Assembly (NCBI GenBank): GCA_965242525.1
Contig: OZ251459.1
Coordinates: 544,001 to 608,000, forward strand
Direction of reading: 5' to 3'
Length of the DNA stretch: 64,000 nucleotides
From: an uncultured Candidatus Binatia bacterium
GTDB lineage: Bacteria; Desulfobacterota; Binatia; UBA9968; JAJDTQ01
Made by a program: the position numbers and the translations under genes. The first letter of the stretch is position 1. Every line of letters starts with the position of its first letter. The notes beneath the pieces were generated by a model that saw only the letters and a program-made list of their open reading frames with translations, was not told the origin of the DNA and searched no databases. Below are positions 1-11,064 of this stretch, piece by piece.

Positions 1-2724
1 AGTTTCTACAACGACTTCTTCGAGATCTTCGGCGTCAAGCGGCGCACGGTGGCGCGCTACGAAGAGCACGTCCGACGCCTCGACGACACCCGCGGCTTCA
101 TCGACCTGTTCTGGCCGGGGGTGCTCCTGGTGGAGCAGAAGAGCGCCGGCCGCGGCTTGGCTGCGGCGCGGGAGCAGGCGGGCGCCTACTTCGACGCGCT
201 CCCGGAGCGGGACCGTCCGCGCTACCAGCTCCTCTGCGACTTTCGGACGTTCGAGCTCCTCGACCGGGACGAGGGCGAGGAATATCGCTTCGCCTTGGCC
301 GACCTGCCCGCCAACGTGGAGAAGTTCGGCTTCATCCTCGGGGTGCAGCGGCGCACGTTCCGGGACCAGGACCCGGTGAACGTCGAAGCGTCCGAGTTGG
401 TGGCGCGGCTGCACGACGCCCTCAAGGCATCAGGTTACGACGGCCACGACCTGGAACTGTTCCTGGTGCGCACGGTCTTCTGCCTCTTCGCCGACGATAC
501 CGGCATCTTCGAGCCCCGGGACATCTTCCTCGACTTCGTGGAGGAACGCACGGCTGCGGACGGCATCGACCTCGGCCCCTGGCTGGCCCGGCTGTTCCAG
601 GTGCTGCACACACCCGAGGACCGGCGGCAGGCGAAGCTGGACGAGGATTTGGCCCGCTTTCCCTACGTCAACGGCGACCTTTTCGCCGAGCCGCTCCGCA
701 TCCCGGACTTCGACGCCGCCATGCGCCAAGCCCTGCTCGACGCCGGGCGGTTCGACTGGACGGCGATTTCTCCGGCCATCTTCGGGGCGCTGTTCCAGTC
801 GGTGATGGAGCCGGTGGAGCGTCGCGCCGCGGGGGCGCACTACACCACGGAGAAGAACATCCTGAAGGTGATCGAGCCGCTGTTCCTGGACGACTTGCGG
901 GCGGAGTTCGCGCAACTCAAGGCAAGACGCGACAGCCGCCGGGTTCCCGACCTCCACGTCTTTCAACGGAAGCTCGGCGCGCTGCGGTTCTTCGACCCCG
1001 CATGCGGGTGCGGCAACTTCCTCATCATCGCGTACCGGGAGTTGCGCGCCCTGGAGATCGAAGTGCTGCGGGAACTGAATCCGGGCCAGCGCCAGTTCGA
1101 GATGCTTGCGGACGTGCTGTCGGTGGTGGACGTGGACCAGTTCCACGGCGTCGAGATCGGGGAGTTCCCTGCCCGCATTGCGAGCACTGCGCTGTGGATG
1201 ATGGACCACATCATGAACAACCGTCTGAGCCTGGAGTTCGGACGGACCTACGCGCGGATACCCATCGAGAAGTCACCGAACGTCCGCAACGCGGACGCCC
1301 TGGAGACGGACTGGGCCGAGGTGCTGCCGCCGGAGGAATGTTCGTACGTGTTCGGCAACCCGCCCTTCGGCGGGTCCAAGTACCAATCGCCGGAGCAGCG
1401 GGCGCAGGTGCGGCGCATCGCGGCCTTGGGCGGCAGCGGGGGCACGCTGGACTACGTGGCGGCGTGGTTCATCCTGGCCGGCGAGTACGTCCGTCGCGTG
1501 GAGCCGGGAGGACTCCCTCCCCGCATCGGCTTCGTGGCCACCAACTCGATCACGCAGGGCGAACAGGCGGCGCAGCTCTGGCCGATCCTGTTAGATCGCC
1601 ATGGCCTGGAGGTCGCCTTCGCCCACCGCACCTTCGCCTGGGGTTCGGACGCCCGGGGCATGGCGCACGTCCACGTGACGATCATCGGCCTGGACGCCGC
1701 GGAACGCGGGTCAACCCAAAAGCGCCTCTTTTCCTACGAGGACGTGAAGGGCGAGCCCCTCGAAAGCCGCCACGCGGTGATCACGCCGTACCTGTTCGAC
1801 GGCGGCGGGCTGGCGAACCCGCACCTGGTGGTGCGGGAGGAAGGACGGCCGGTCAACGGGCTGCCGCGGCTCGTCATCGGATCGAAACCGATCGATGGCG
1901 GTCACTACATACTGGACGCCGAGGCGCGCGCCGCGCTGCTCGATGACTGCCCGGCCGCGGAACCGTACATCCGCCCCTACGTCGGCGCCTATGAGTACAT
2001 CAACGGCAAGAACCGCTGGATCCTGTGGCTCGGGGATGCGCCGCCGGAGTTGCTGCGGCGTGAGCCGGCGCTCCGCGAACGCGTGGCCGCGGTGCGCGGG
2101 TTGCGCCAGCGGAGCAAGAGCGCGCCGACCCGCGCCCTGGCGGAGACCCCGACGCTGTACCACGTCAACGTCATCCCCGACGCCCCGTTCCTGGTCATCC
2201 CCAAGGTGAGTTCCGAACGGCGCGAGTACGTTCCCATTGGCTGGTTGCAACCGCCGACCATTCCCAGCGACCTCGTTTTCGTCCTCGAAGGCGCCACCAA
2301 GTCGACGTTCGCCCTCCTGACCTCCGCCATGCACATGTCGTGGCTGCGGCACATCGGCGGACGCCTGAAAAGCGACTACCGCTACTCCATCGGACTCGTC
2401 TATAACACCTTCCCGCTCCCGTCCGTTCCGGAAGCGGACCTCGAAGCCCTGACGCCCCACGCGGACGCCGTACTCGCCGCACGCGCCAACCATCCCGGCG
2501 CCGCACCGGCCGACCTCTACGCCCCGGACCTGACGCCGCCCGACCTTCGCCGCGCCCACAGGCAACTCGACCGCGCTGTCGATCGTCTCTACCGCAGAGC
2601 CGCGTTCGCGTCCGAACGGGAGCGAGTCGAGCACCTCTTCACCCTCTACGAGCGTCTCCGGGGCCCCCTTGTCGCAGAAGCCGCAAAGCGGCCAAAGCGC
2701 AAACGCCGCGGCACGGGACCATGA
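1..2724 (+). CDS. MmeI-family (Type IIL/IIG) restriction-modification enzyme / N6-adenine DNA methyltransferase, 5'-truncated by window edge
   Basis: Frame is open from base 1 (SFYNDFFEIFGVKRR...). PD-ExK nuclease motif GFIDLFWPGVLLVEQKS, GAHYT, motif I FFDPACGCGNFL, motif IV GNPPF, C-terminal TRD with GGRLKSDYRYS typical of MmeI/YeeA proteins. Confidence 0.9.
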   Translation, partial: SFYNDFFEIFGVKRRTVARYEEHVRRLDDTRGFIDLFWPGVLLVEQKSAGRGLAAAREQAGAYFDALPERDRPRYQLLCDFRTFELLDRDEGEEYRFALADLPANVEKFGFILGVQRRTFRDQDPVNVEASELVARLHDALKASGYDGHDLELFLVRTVFCLFADDTGIFEPRDIFLDFVEERTAADGIDLGPWLARLFQVLHTPEDRRQAKLDEDLARFPYVNGDLFAEPLRIPDFDAAMRQALLDAGRFDWTAISPAIFGALFQSVMEPVERRAAGAHYTTEKNILKVIEPLFLDDLRAEFAQLKARRDSRRVPDLHVFQRKLGALRFFDPACGCGNFLIIAYRELRALEIEVLRELNPGQRQFEMLADVLSVVDVDQFHGVEIGEFPARIASTALWMMDHIMNNRLSLEFGRTYARIPIEKSPNVRNADALETDWAEVLPPEECSYVFGNPPFGGSKYQSPEQRAQVRRIAALGGSGGTLDYVAAWFILAGEYVRRVEPGGLPPRIGFVATNSITQGEQAAQLWPILLDRHGLEVAFAHRTFAWGSDARGMAHVHVTIIGLDAAERGSTQKRLFSYEDVKGEPLESRHAVITPYLFDGGGLANPHLVVREEGRPVNGLPRLVIGSKPIDGGHYILDAEARAALLDDCPAAEPYIRPYVGAYEYINGKNRWILWLGDAPPELLRREPALRERVAAVRGLRQRSKSAPTRALAETPTLYHVNVIPDAPFLVIPKVSSERREYVPIGWLQPPTIPSDLVFVLEGATKSTFALLTSAMHMSWLRHIGGRLKSDYRYSIGLVYNTFPLPSVPEADLEALTPHADAVLAARANHPGAAPADLYAPDLTPPDLRRAHRQLDRAVDRLYRRAAFASERERVEHLFTLYERLRGPLVAEAAKRPKRKRRGTGP

Positions 2725-2817
2725 GACCCTGCAAACCCTCCCGACGCCTGTGGAACGTCCGGCCCGTTCCGGCTCGAGTTCCCTCTCCACATGGGAAAGC
2801 GCTCCTTCGGAAAACGG

Positions 2818-2857
2818 GTCCTTCGACTTCGCTTCTCTACGCTCAGGACGAACGGGG
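2818..2857. repeat. REP-like palindromic repeat family B (core GTCCTTCGACTTCGCTTCGCTACGCTCAGGACGAACGGGG), copy 1
   Basis: Same ~40-bp core at 10960, 14391, 37463, 40703, 53693, 56393, 63861. Flanks 2765-2920 also match 10860-11037 in inverted orientation. Confidence 0.85.
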
Positions 2858-2919
2858 ATAGGAGGGTCAGGGTGATGGAGTCCATCCTGGATGTCTCGAT
2901 TGTCCAGAGGTTCCTTGTG

Positions 2920-3323
2920 AGGCGCTTCAGGAATTCGTGTGGGTTGCGACACTCCCCATCCCTTCATCCCCGCGAAAGCCCCGTCTCGTCATTCCCGCGA
3001 AAGCGGGAATCCAGACCTTGTGAGAAAACTCCATGGCGCCCTGTATGAGAGGTTTGTACAACGAGGGCGATGAAACTGGATGGATTCCCGCTTTCGCGGG
3101 AATGACGGGGGGTGGGCTTCTGCGGGAATGACAGGGTGGGCGTCTGCGGGAATGACAGGGTGGGCGTCTGCAGGAATGACAGGGTGGGCGTCTGCAGGAA
3201 TGACAGGGTGGGCGTCTGCAGGAATGACGGAGTGGGCGTCTGCGGAGCAATGACGGCGTGGTCCCTTTCGCTCTCCCTTTCCCTCCTACCTTACCCACAC
3301 GAAGGCTGGAAGAGCAGGAAAGG
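2920..3323. repeat. ~400-bp composite repeat element A (REPIN/BIME-like), copy 1
   Basis: Inverted pair of GTCATTCCCGCGAAAGCGGGAATCC / GGATTCCCGCTTTCGCGGGAATGAC palindromes followed by tandem 24-bp units. Near-identical direct copy at 6369-6727, deleted copy at 53490-53652. Confidence 0.9.
3098..3254. repeat. Tandem ~24-bp repeat (GGAATGACAGGGTGGGCGTCTGCR), ~6 units
   Basis: Directly visible head-to-tail units with no unique spacers. Confidence 0.9.
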
Positions 3324-3327
3324 AGCA

Positions 3328-4226
3328 TATTCCAATCGGAGAATGCCCTGAAGGTGTAGGAGTCAGGCCCTTTTGAACTCCCGTTGAGAGATGGTTTGGA
3401 ACAACAGTGATCGGGCCTGGTTCATTTTTTCGGCAGCCTCGTTGTCGGTGATCTCTTGTGCCAGAGCGTCGAGCTTCTCGAAGGTGACCCCGGGCTTGAG
3501 GAAGGAGTGAGCGTGGGGGAGGGACTTGAGCTTGTCGTAGGGGGTCATGGAGAGGCGGTAGGGGTATCGTTTCCGTTGCTTGCCCCTGGGGTCGGTGAGG
3601 GTTTCGGAGAACAGGCAGGGGCGATGGTAGTTGTGGTAGGGGTTGGTGTGGAGGCGGTGGAAGTCGTTGAGGGTGAAGGGGAAGCTGTCCACGAGTTGCT
3701 CCAGGACCGGAACCAGGTAATGCCCGCTGATCTTCTCCACGCTCACCACCACCTCGAAACACGTGGCAGGCCCGCTCGCACAGCTTCTTGACCGCCAAGC
3801 CGTTGGGGGTGTTGTGCCGCTCGTCCATGGCCGCCAACAGCCGGATGTCCGAAGCAGTGTAGCGCCGGGTGAACTTCTGCCCCTGGCTCCGGGGCCGAAG
3901 GTCTAGCCGTCCGGTCTTCCCGTACTGCCGGATCAGCCGAAACACCTGCTCCCGGGAATACCCCGTCACCTTCGTCAGGTAGCGCACCACCGTCCCCTTG
4001 TCCCTCCGCCCCAGGGTGGGATACAGGAACCGGGCCAGCACCTGCCGCACCCACTCATACCGCTCCGCCTTCCCTCCCGGAACCTCGAAGGCCACCGCCC
4101 GGACCCCTTCCAGAAACTCCCGAAACTGCTCCACCGTCCGCAAATCCCTGGCGTTCCCAAGCGTCTTCATCCTTGCAGTATGAACCGAAGTCCGCCCCTG
4201 TCCAGTGTCATTCCCCTTTGGAATCA
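3328..4226 (-). mobile_element. Internally deleted insertion sequence (integrase-core/DDE transposase remnant, IS481/ISNCY-like)
   Basis: Imperfect terminal inverted repeats (TATTCCAATCGGAGAATG at 3328 vs revcomp TGATTCCAAAGGGGAATG ending 4226) enclose two transposase fragments. Confidence 0.7.
3363..4170 (-). pseudogene. Transposase pseudogene (N-terminal HTH and C-terminal fragments, catalytic core missing)
   Basis: N-part MKTLGN...KVTGYSREQVFRLIRQY...FTRRYT...LCERACHVF; different-frame C-part NPYHNYHRPC...KRYPY...MTPYDKLKSLP. Too short, with frame junction near 3752. Confidence 0.75.
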
Positions 4227-4345
4227 CGCACCCCCTTCAGTGCCATCCTGCATTGGACAATCCTCAAGATGGTTTCGTGCGACGAGTTGTGGTAGGCTGT
4301 GCCGATCGTTTGGAGGCCCACGCCCCGGACGACTGCCGACCAGCG

Positions 4346-5482
4346 ATGCCCTACGAACTGTCCGACCAGAAACGTGAATGGTACCGTCTCGTCTCGGCGT
4401 GGTCGCGGCTGCGCAAGCAGGCGGCGAGTTGCGGGAAGCTCGCGGCGGGCGCGAAGGGCGTCAATGTTCCGACCCTCGACCCGGCGCGCCTGATGCCGCA
4501 ACAGGAGCTGCATGGCTTGCGTGCGCTGTCGCTGTTCTCCGGCGGCGGCGGGCTCGACTTGGCCTTCGAGCGCGCCGGATTCGAGCATGTCGCCAGCTTC
4601 GACATCCTGGACATCTGCGGCGCGACGTTGCGGCGAAGCCGTCCCGGGTGGCGCGTGTTCAGCGGGTTGGCGGGCGACGTCCGCCAAGTTGACGGGGCCT
4701 CGTTCGAAGGCGGTGTGGACATCGTTCACGGCGGCCCGCCCTGCCAACCTTTCTCCACCGCCGGAAAGCGAAAGGGCGGCGAAGACGGCCGCGACATGTG
4801 GCCCGCGTTCACGGCCGCGGTCCTGAAGCTCAGGCCGTGCGCTTTCGTGGCCGAGAACGTCCCTGGCTTGCTGGACGCGAAATTCAACGGCTACGTCGGC
4901 AACAGGATTCTCCAACCGCTGGCGCCCCGATACCACATCGTCAAGTTCCGGCTCCTGGCGTCGGATTTCGGCGTTCCCCAGGTGCGCAAGCGCGTTTTCT
5001 TCGTCGGCTTCCGGTCCCGGAAAGCCGCCCGCGCCTTTCGCGTCCCCTCGCCGACGCACGGCAGGTGCGACGACTTGTTTGCGCCCGGAAACAGAACCCT
5101 CGGCGCCCGCGCGGCGCTGGGGTTGCCGGACATCGGTTTCGACAGCTTCGCGCCGACGCTTCGTTCCGGCTTCACGGGGCCGCGAAAATCCACCAGCATC
5201 CTGAACAGCAGGGCCAGCCAAGCGGTATGGGAGCGGCTACATATCTGGCCGAACGGAGTGCAGAGGAGTCGCGGCGACGCAGCGAGGTTTCCCCCCGAGA
5301 ACGGACACTTCCGTTTGTCCGTGCAGGATTGCGCCGTACTTCAGGGCTTTCCGGAAGACTGGCGCTTCGAGGGCGCCGCATACCAGGTCATTGGACAGAT
5401 CGGCAACTCCGTGTGTCCGCCGGTCGGCTACGCCCTCGCGAAGTCGGTGGCGCAAGCGCTGGGTGTCTCACGCCTTGCTTGA
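4346..5482 (+). CDS. dcm: DNA (cytosine-5)-methyltransferase
   Basis: Motifs LSLFSGGGG (I), GGPPCQPFS (IV), ENV (VI), QVRKRVF (VIII), RLSVQDCAVLQGFP (IX), IGNSV (X). Confidence 0.93.
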   Translation: MPYELSDQKREWYRLVSAWSRLRKQAASCGKLAAGAKGVNVPTLDPARLMPQQELHGLRALSLFSGGGGLDLAFERAGFEHVASFDILDICGATLRRSRPGWRVFSGLAGDVRQVDGASFEGGVDIVHGGPPCQPFSTAGKRKGGEDGRDMWPAFTAAVLKLRPCAFVAENVPGLLDAKFNGYVGNRILQPLAPRYHIVKFRLLASDFGVPQVRKRVFFVGFRSRKAARAFRVPSPTHGRCDDLFAPGNRTLGARAALGLPDIGFDSFAPTLRSGFTGPRKSTSILNSRASQAVWERLHIWPNGVQRSRGDAARFPPENGHFRLSVQDCAVLQGFPEDWRFEGAAYQVIGQIGNSVCPPVGYALAKSVAQALGVSRLA

Positions 5483-5514
5483 CGCCCAAGGCAATCTGTG
5501 GATGGGAACGCGAG

Positions 5515-6234
5515 ATGGCCGTTCAGGATGACAGGCGTGAGGTGGAGCTGCGCGAACTCATCGAGCTGAGATCCGGCGAATCCCGCTCCGGAGTGGACGC
5601 CTACTTCGATTTCTCGGATGGGAACCGGCGCTATGCCGTACCCGTGGAACTGAAATCGACAACGAACAGAACCGTCTCGACAGCCCGCGACGTTGGCCTC
5701 GCGCACATTCGGAAGTGGCGATCGCGCTTGTGGGTATTCGGGTTCTATGATTCGTCGGGCGCCACCATGGAGAGCCTGCTGGTCTTGGGCCCGGACGATA
5801 TGGAAGGCTGGATCGCCCGAGTCGAACGGTACATCGCCCTGGATTTCCTGATTGGAGAACGGGCCGCGGAACGCCTCACGTTGGAGGACCTCCACATCAT
5901 CTGCGGCGAAAAGAGTGTGTACAGTCCGCGCGATGCGCGGGCATTGCACAAGAGGCAATGGCCGGAAGCCAGGTACGAGTCCGAGATGGATGTCACGGAC
6001 GGATACAGTCCGGGCAAGATGCTCGAAATACTACGGCTGCGGGCGAAGTACCTGAACGCGCGCGGGGCTACGCTGAACAACCCACACATTCCCAAACGGT
6101 TCTTCTCGGGGTTCCGCGATTCCGAGATGAACGCCCGGGGCGCCGCAATCGAGATCCGGCAGGCCGCCCGGCGCCGCATGCGCTCCATCGTTCTGGGATC
6201 TTCCAAGCTTCGGAGAACCACAGCCGACGTATAA
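5515..6234 (+). CDS. Putative Type II restriction endonuclease (PD-(D/E)XK fold)
   Basis: 239-aa ORF directly after the C5 MTase; SGVDAYF...VPVELKST fits a PD-(D/E)XK motif. Confidence 0.65.
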   Translation: MAVQDDRREVELRELIELRSGESRSGVDAYFDFSDGNRRYAVPVELKSTTNRTVSTARDVGLAHIRKWRSRLWVFGFYDSSGATMESLLVLGPDDMEGWIARVERYIALDFLIGERAAERLTLEDLHIICGEKSVYSPRDARALHKRQWPEARYESEMDVTDGYSPGKMLEILRLRAKYLNARGATLNNPHIPKRFFSGFRDSEMNARGAAIEIRQAARRRMRSIVLGSSKLRRTTADV

Positions 6235-6271
6235 CGGCCTACAGCTTCGGAACCGACATGGAACGTATCTG

Positions 6272-6370
6272 ATGAGGCTTTCCTGGAACGAGGTTCGGGC
6301 GCGGGCCGCGAACTTCGCCCGTGAGTGGGCGGACGCAGCTTACGAGAAGGGCGAGACCCACAGTTTCTAG
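6272..6370 (+). pseudogene. Truncated N-terminus of an MmeI-family R-M gene (MRLSWNEVRARAANFAREWADAAYEKGETHSF*)
   Basis: Hand translation gives a characteristic MmeI-family N-terminus. It ends AGT TTC TAG where window base 1 reads AGT TTC TAC; the stop is created at the junction with repeat element A. Confidence 0.8.
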
Positions 6371-6727
6371 GCGCTTCAGGAATTCGTGCGGGTTGCGACA
6401 CTCCCCATCCCGTCATCCCCGCGAAAGCCCCGTCTCGTCATTCCCGCGAAAGCGGGAATCCAGACTTTGTGAGCAAACTCCATGGTGCCCTGTATGAGAG
6501 GTTTGTACAACGAGGGCGAGGAAAGTGGATGGATTCCCGCTTTCGCGGGAATGACGAGGGGTGGGCGTCTGCGAGAATGACAGAGGGTGGGCTTCTGCGG
6601 GAATGACGGGGGGTGGGCGTCTGCAGGAATGACAGAGTGGGCGTCTGTGGAGCAATGACGGCGTGGTCCCTTTCGCTCTCCCTTCCCTCCTACCTTACCC
6701 GCACGAAGGCCGGAAGAGCAGGAAAGG
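6369..6727. repeat. Composite repeat element A, copy 2
   Basis: Direct, near-identical repeat of 2920-3323 with fewer tandem units. Confidence 0.9.
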
Positions 6728-6757
6728 TTGACAACGCTCCTCCGTCGGCCATAGAGT
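6728..6757 (+). promoter_or_regulatory. Putative sigma70 promoter for amidohydrolase
   Basis: TTGACA-N18-TAGAGT about 100 bp upstream of the start codon. Confidence 0.4.
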
Positions 6758-6860
6758 CGGCAGGGGCAGCATGAGCACTCGGGAAACGGCTCCGCGTGAG
6801 CGGAGCGGACATGCAGGGCGGCGCTGCCGGCGCCTGCAACCGGCGTTCGAGGAGGCAGTC

Positions 6861-7895
6861 ATGGCAAGGGACATCGAAGTCATCGATGCGGACGGGCACA
6901 TCACCGAGACCGACGAGCAGCTCAAGAAGTACATGGAGGCTCCGTGGGTGGACCGGACCGCGACCCTCTACCCGGTGGACAACTGGGACCGCTCGCTGGG
7001 CGGGACCCTGGGGACCCGGGCGGCTGACGCGCGCACCTGGCTCGACGCCATGGACGAGGGAGGGCTGACCACCGCCTACCTCTATCCTACCGCGGGCCTG
7101 GGCATCGGCTGGATCCGCGAGCCCGACCTCGCGGTGGCGCTGTGCAAGGCCTGGAACGACTTCGTCTCCGAGGAGTTCCAGAAGGTCAGCCCCAGGCTGA
7201 AGGGCGTCGCGCTGGTCTCCTTCCAGGACGTGCCCGAGGCGGTCAAGGAGTTGCGCCGGGCGGTTCGGGAGTTGAAGCTCCCGGGGTTGATGCTGCCGGC
7301 CGTGGGGCTGCGGCTGCCGCTGGGGCACAGGGACTACTGGCCCATCTACGAGGAGGCGGAGAAACTGGACTGCATGGTGGGCGTGCACGCCACGGTTCGG
7401 GGGCCGCAGTACTTCGCCGCGGACCAGTTCGACCAGTTCATCGAGGTGCACACCCTGTCCCATGCCTTCGCCCAGATGATGCAGATGACCAGCATGATCT
7501 TCCAGGGCGTGCTGGACCGGTTCCCGAACCTTCGGGTGGCCTTCATGGAGGCGGGCTGCTCATGGGCGCCCTACTGGGCCGGGCGCATGGACGAGGAATG
7601 GGAGAAGCGCGGCGCGGCGGAGGCGCCTCTGTGCAGGAAGAAACCCAGCGAATACGTGCGCAGCGGCAACGTCTATTTCCACGCCGAGGACTACGAGCCC
7701 TTCATCGGCGAGACGTCCAAGTTCCTGAGCCCGGACGTGCTCTACTACGCGTCCGACTATCCGCACTGGGACATGGAGTTCCCGGAGAACATCGACCACC
7801 TGGGCAGGCGCGAGGACCTGTCCCCCGAGGACAAGAAGTGGCTGCTCGCCGATTCGGCCAAGCGGCTGTACGGCGTCACGATCAGAACTCCGTGA
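6861..7895 (+). CDS. Amidohydrolase family 2 protein
   Basis: IDADGH metal motif, VGVH, FMEAG, YASDYPHWD; GGAGG RBS before ATG 6861. Confidence 0.9.
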   Translation: MARDIEVIDADGHITETDEQLKKYMEAPWVDRTATLYPVDNWDRSLGGTLGTRAADARTWLDAMDEGGLTTAYLYPTAGLGIGWIREPDLAVALCKAWNDFVSEEFQKVSPRLKGVALVSFQDVPEAVKELRRAVRELKLPGLMLPAVGLRLPLGHRDYWPIYEEAEKLDCMVGVHATVRGPQYFAADQFDQFIEVHTLSHAFAQMMQMTSMIFQGVLDRFPNLRVAFMEAGCSWAPYWAGRMDEEWEKRGAAEAPLCRKKPSEYVRSGNVYFHAEDYEPFIGETSKFLSPDVLYYASDYPHWDMEFPENIDHLGRREDLSPEDKKWLLADSAKRLYGVTIRTP

Positions 7896-8820
7896 TCTCC
7901 CGCAGCGGCAGCTTCTTCCGCAGGGCTTGGCGCAGTACGTAGGCGCCCACCGCCAAGTCCTCGTCCGGGATGCCGTTGGACTGGAACAGCGCCTTGCGGG
8001 GCCGCTCCCGGACCCCGCGGGCGACGACGGTCTCCAGCGGCGCGACATCGCGCCAGCGCAGGCGCCGCGCGGCGCAGGCGGCGATGAGGTCGCCGCTGTC
8101 GTTCTGCGCGGTGGCGAGGTCGTCGGTGACCACCAAGTCCATGGACTTGACGAGCCGCCCGGACACTTCGTGCTTCGAGGGCTGGTTGGCGCCGATGGTG
8201 GCCACGAGGACGTCGTCCTTGAGCCGCCGGCCGTCGATGATGGGCGTGGTCGAGTCGGTGGCGACCACCAGGACGTCCGACTCGCTCTCCATCTCGTCCA
8301 GGGAGTCCGCGGTCCGGAAGGGCGTGGGCACCGCCTTGCTCATGGCTTCGATGAAGCCGCGGCGCCGCTCGGCGTTGCGCCCGTACACCAGCACCTGCTT
8401 CGGCCGACATGCCTTGACCACGGCCTCCACCTGGAACGCGCCCTGCCATCCCGGTCCGATGAGGCCCAGCACCGACGGTTTCGGTGGCGCGAGGTACTTG
8501 GCCGCGACCCCGGTGGCGGCGCCGGTGCGCAGGCTGCTGAGGTAGGCGGCGCTCATGACGGCCTTGAGCGCGCCGGAACCGCCGTCGTACAGGGTGATGG
8601 TGTTGGCCTTGGCCGCGTAGCTGCGCAGCGCGATCAGGTCCGAGTCCTGGTGCCACGCGGCCATCACGTTGAGCTGCTTGCCGCTTCCGCTGAGCCGCCG
8701 CCGCGGCACGTTCCGCATCTTCCCCGCGGCCCGGTCCCGGAACATCCGGTCCAGCAAGCGGATGGCGGCGCCCATGTCGATGAGCTCGCGGGTCTGCTCC
8801 GCACTGATGATCGAGGCCAT
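7882..8820 (-). CDS. Ornithine cyclodeaminase / mu-crystallin family protein
   Basis: LRTGAATGVA, GLIGPGWQG Rossmann motif, FQSNG..EDLA. Confidence 0.88.
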   Translation of the reverse strand: MASIISAEQTRELIDMGAAIRLLDRMFRDRAAGKMRNVPRRRLSGSGKQLNVMAAWHQDSDLIALRSYAAKANTITLYDGGSGALKAVMSAAYLSSLRTGAATGVAAKYLAPPKPSVLGLIGPGWQGAFQVEAVVKACRPKQVLVYGRNAERRRGFIEAMSKAVPTPFRTADSLDEMESESDVLVVATDSTTPIIDGRRLKDDVLVATIGANQPSKHEVSGRLVKSMDLVVTDDLATAQNDSGDLIAACAARRLRWRDVAPLETVVARGVRERPRKALFQSNGIPDEDLAVGAYVLRQALRKKLPLREITEF

Positions 8821-8874
8821 GGGCGTTTCCTCCCTTTCCATGCGGTGCCCGCGGCAGGCCGGGGGCGCCGCGTC

Positions 8875-10710
<1,836 letters not shown>

Positions 10711-10859
10711 GCCGCCGCTCTAACACACCCTGTCGGCTAATTCCATCGGACTTGCGGCGGCGCGGCCGCGTGCATCCTCGGACCGGGTCTTGTGCTAAGA
10801 TGCTTCGGGTTCCGGGAGCTGGGCCGGAAAGCGGGGGGACCGGAGGAGATGTCGAGGGA

Positions 10860-11037
10860 AGCCCGTATGGGAACGTCTGGACAACCGGGGCAGGGAGGAT
10901 GGATTCCCCCACCCTGACCCTTCCGTCCCCGTTCGTCCCTGGGTCCCTGACACTTCCACCCCCGTTCGTCCTGGGCGTAGCGTAGCGGAGTCGAAGGACG
11001 CGCTTTCCCACGGGGAGAGGGAGTTCGAGCCGGAATC
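10860..11037. repeat. Extended REP-like family B element (core 10960-10999)
   Basis: Inverted match to 2765-2920 including the CCCCGTTCGTCCTG...GTCGAAGGAC core. Confidence 0.8.
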
Positions 11038-11064
11038 GACCGGAGGTTCCAGAAGGAGGTCCGT

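Noticed and set aside
3098-3254. Possible CRISPR array (regular 24-bp repeats)
   Set aside because: Units are contiguous with no unique spacers, are part of dispersed element A, and no cas operon is present.
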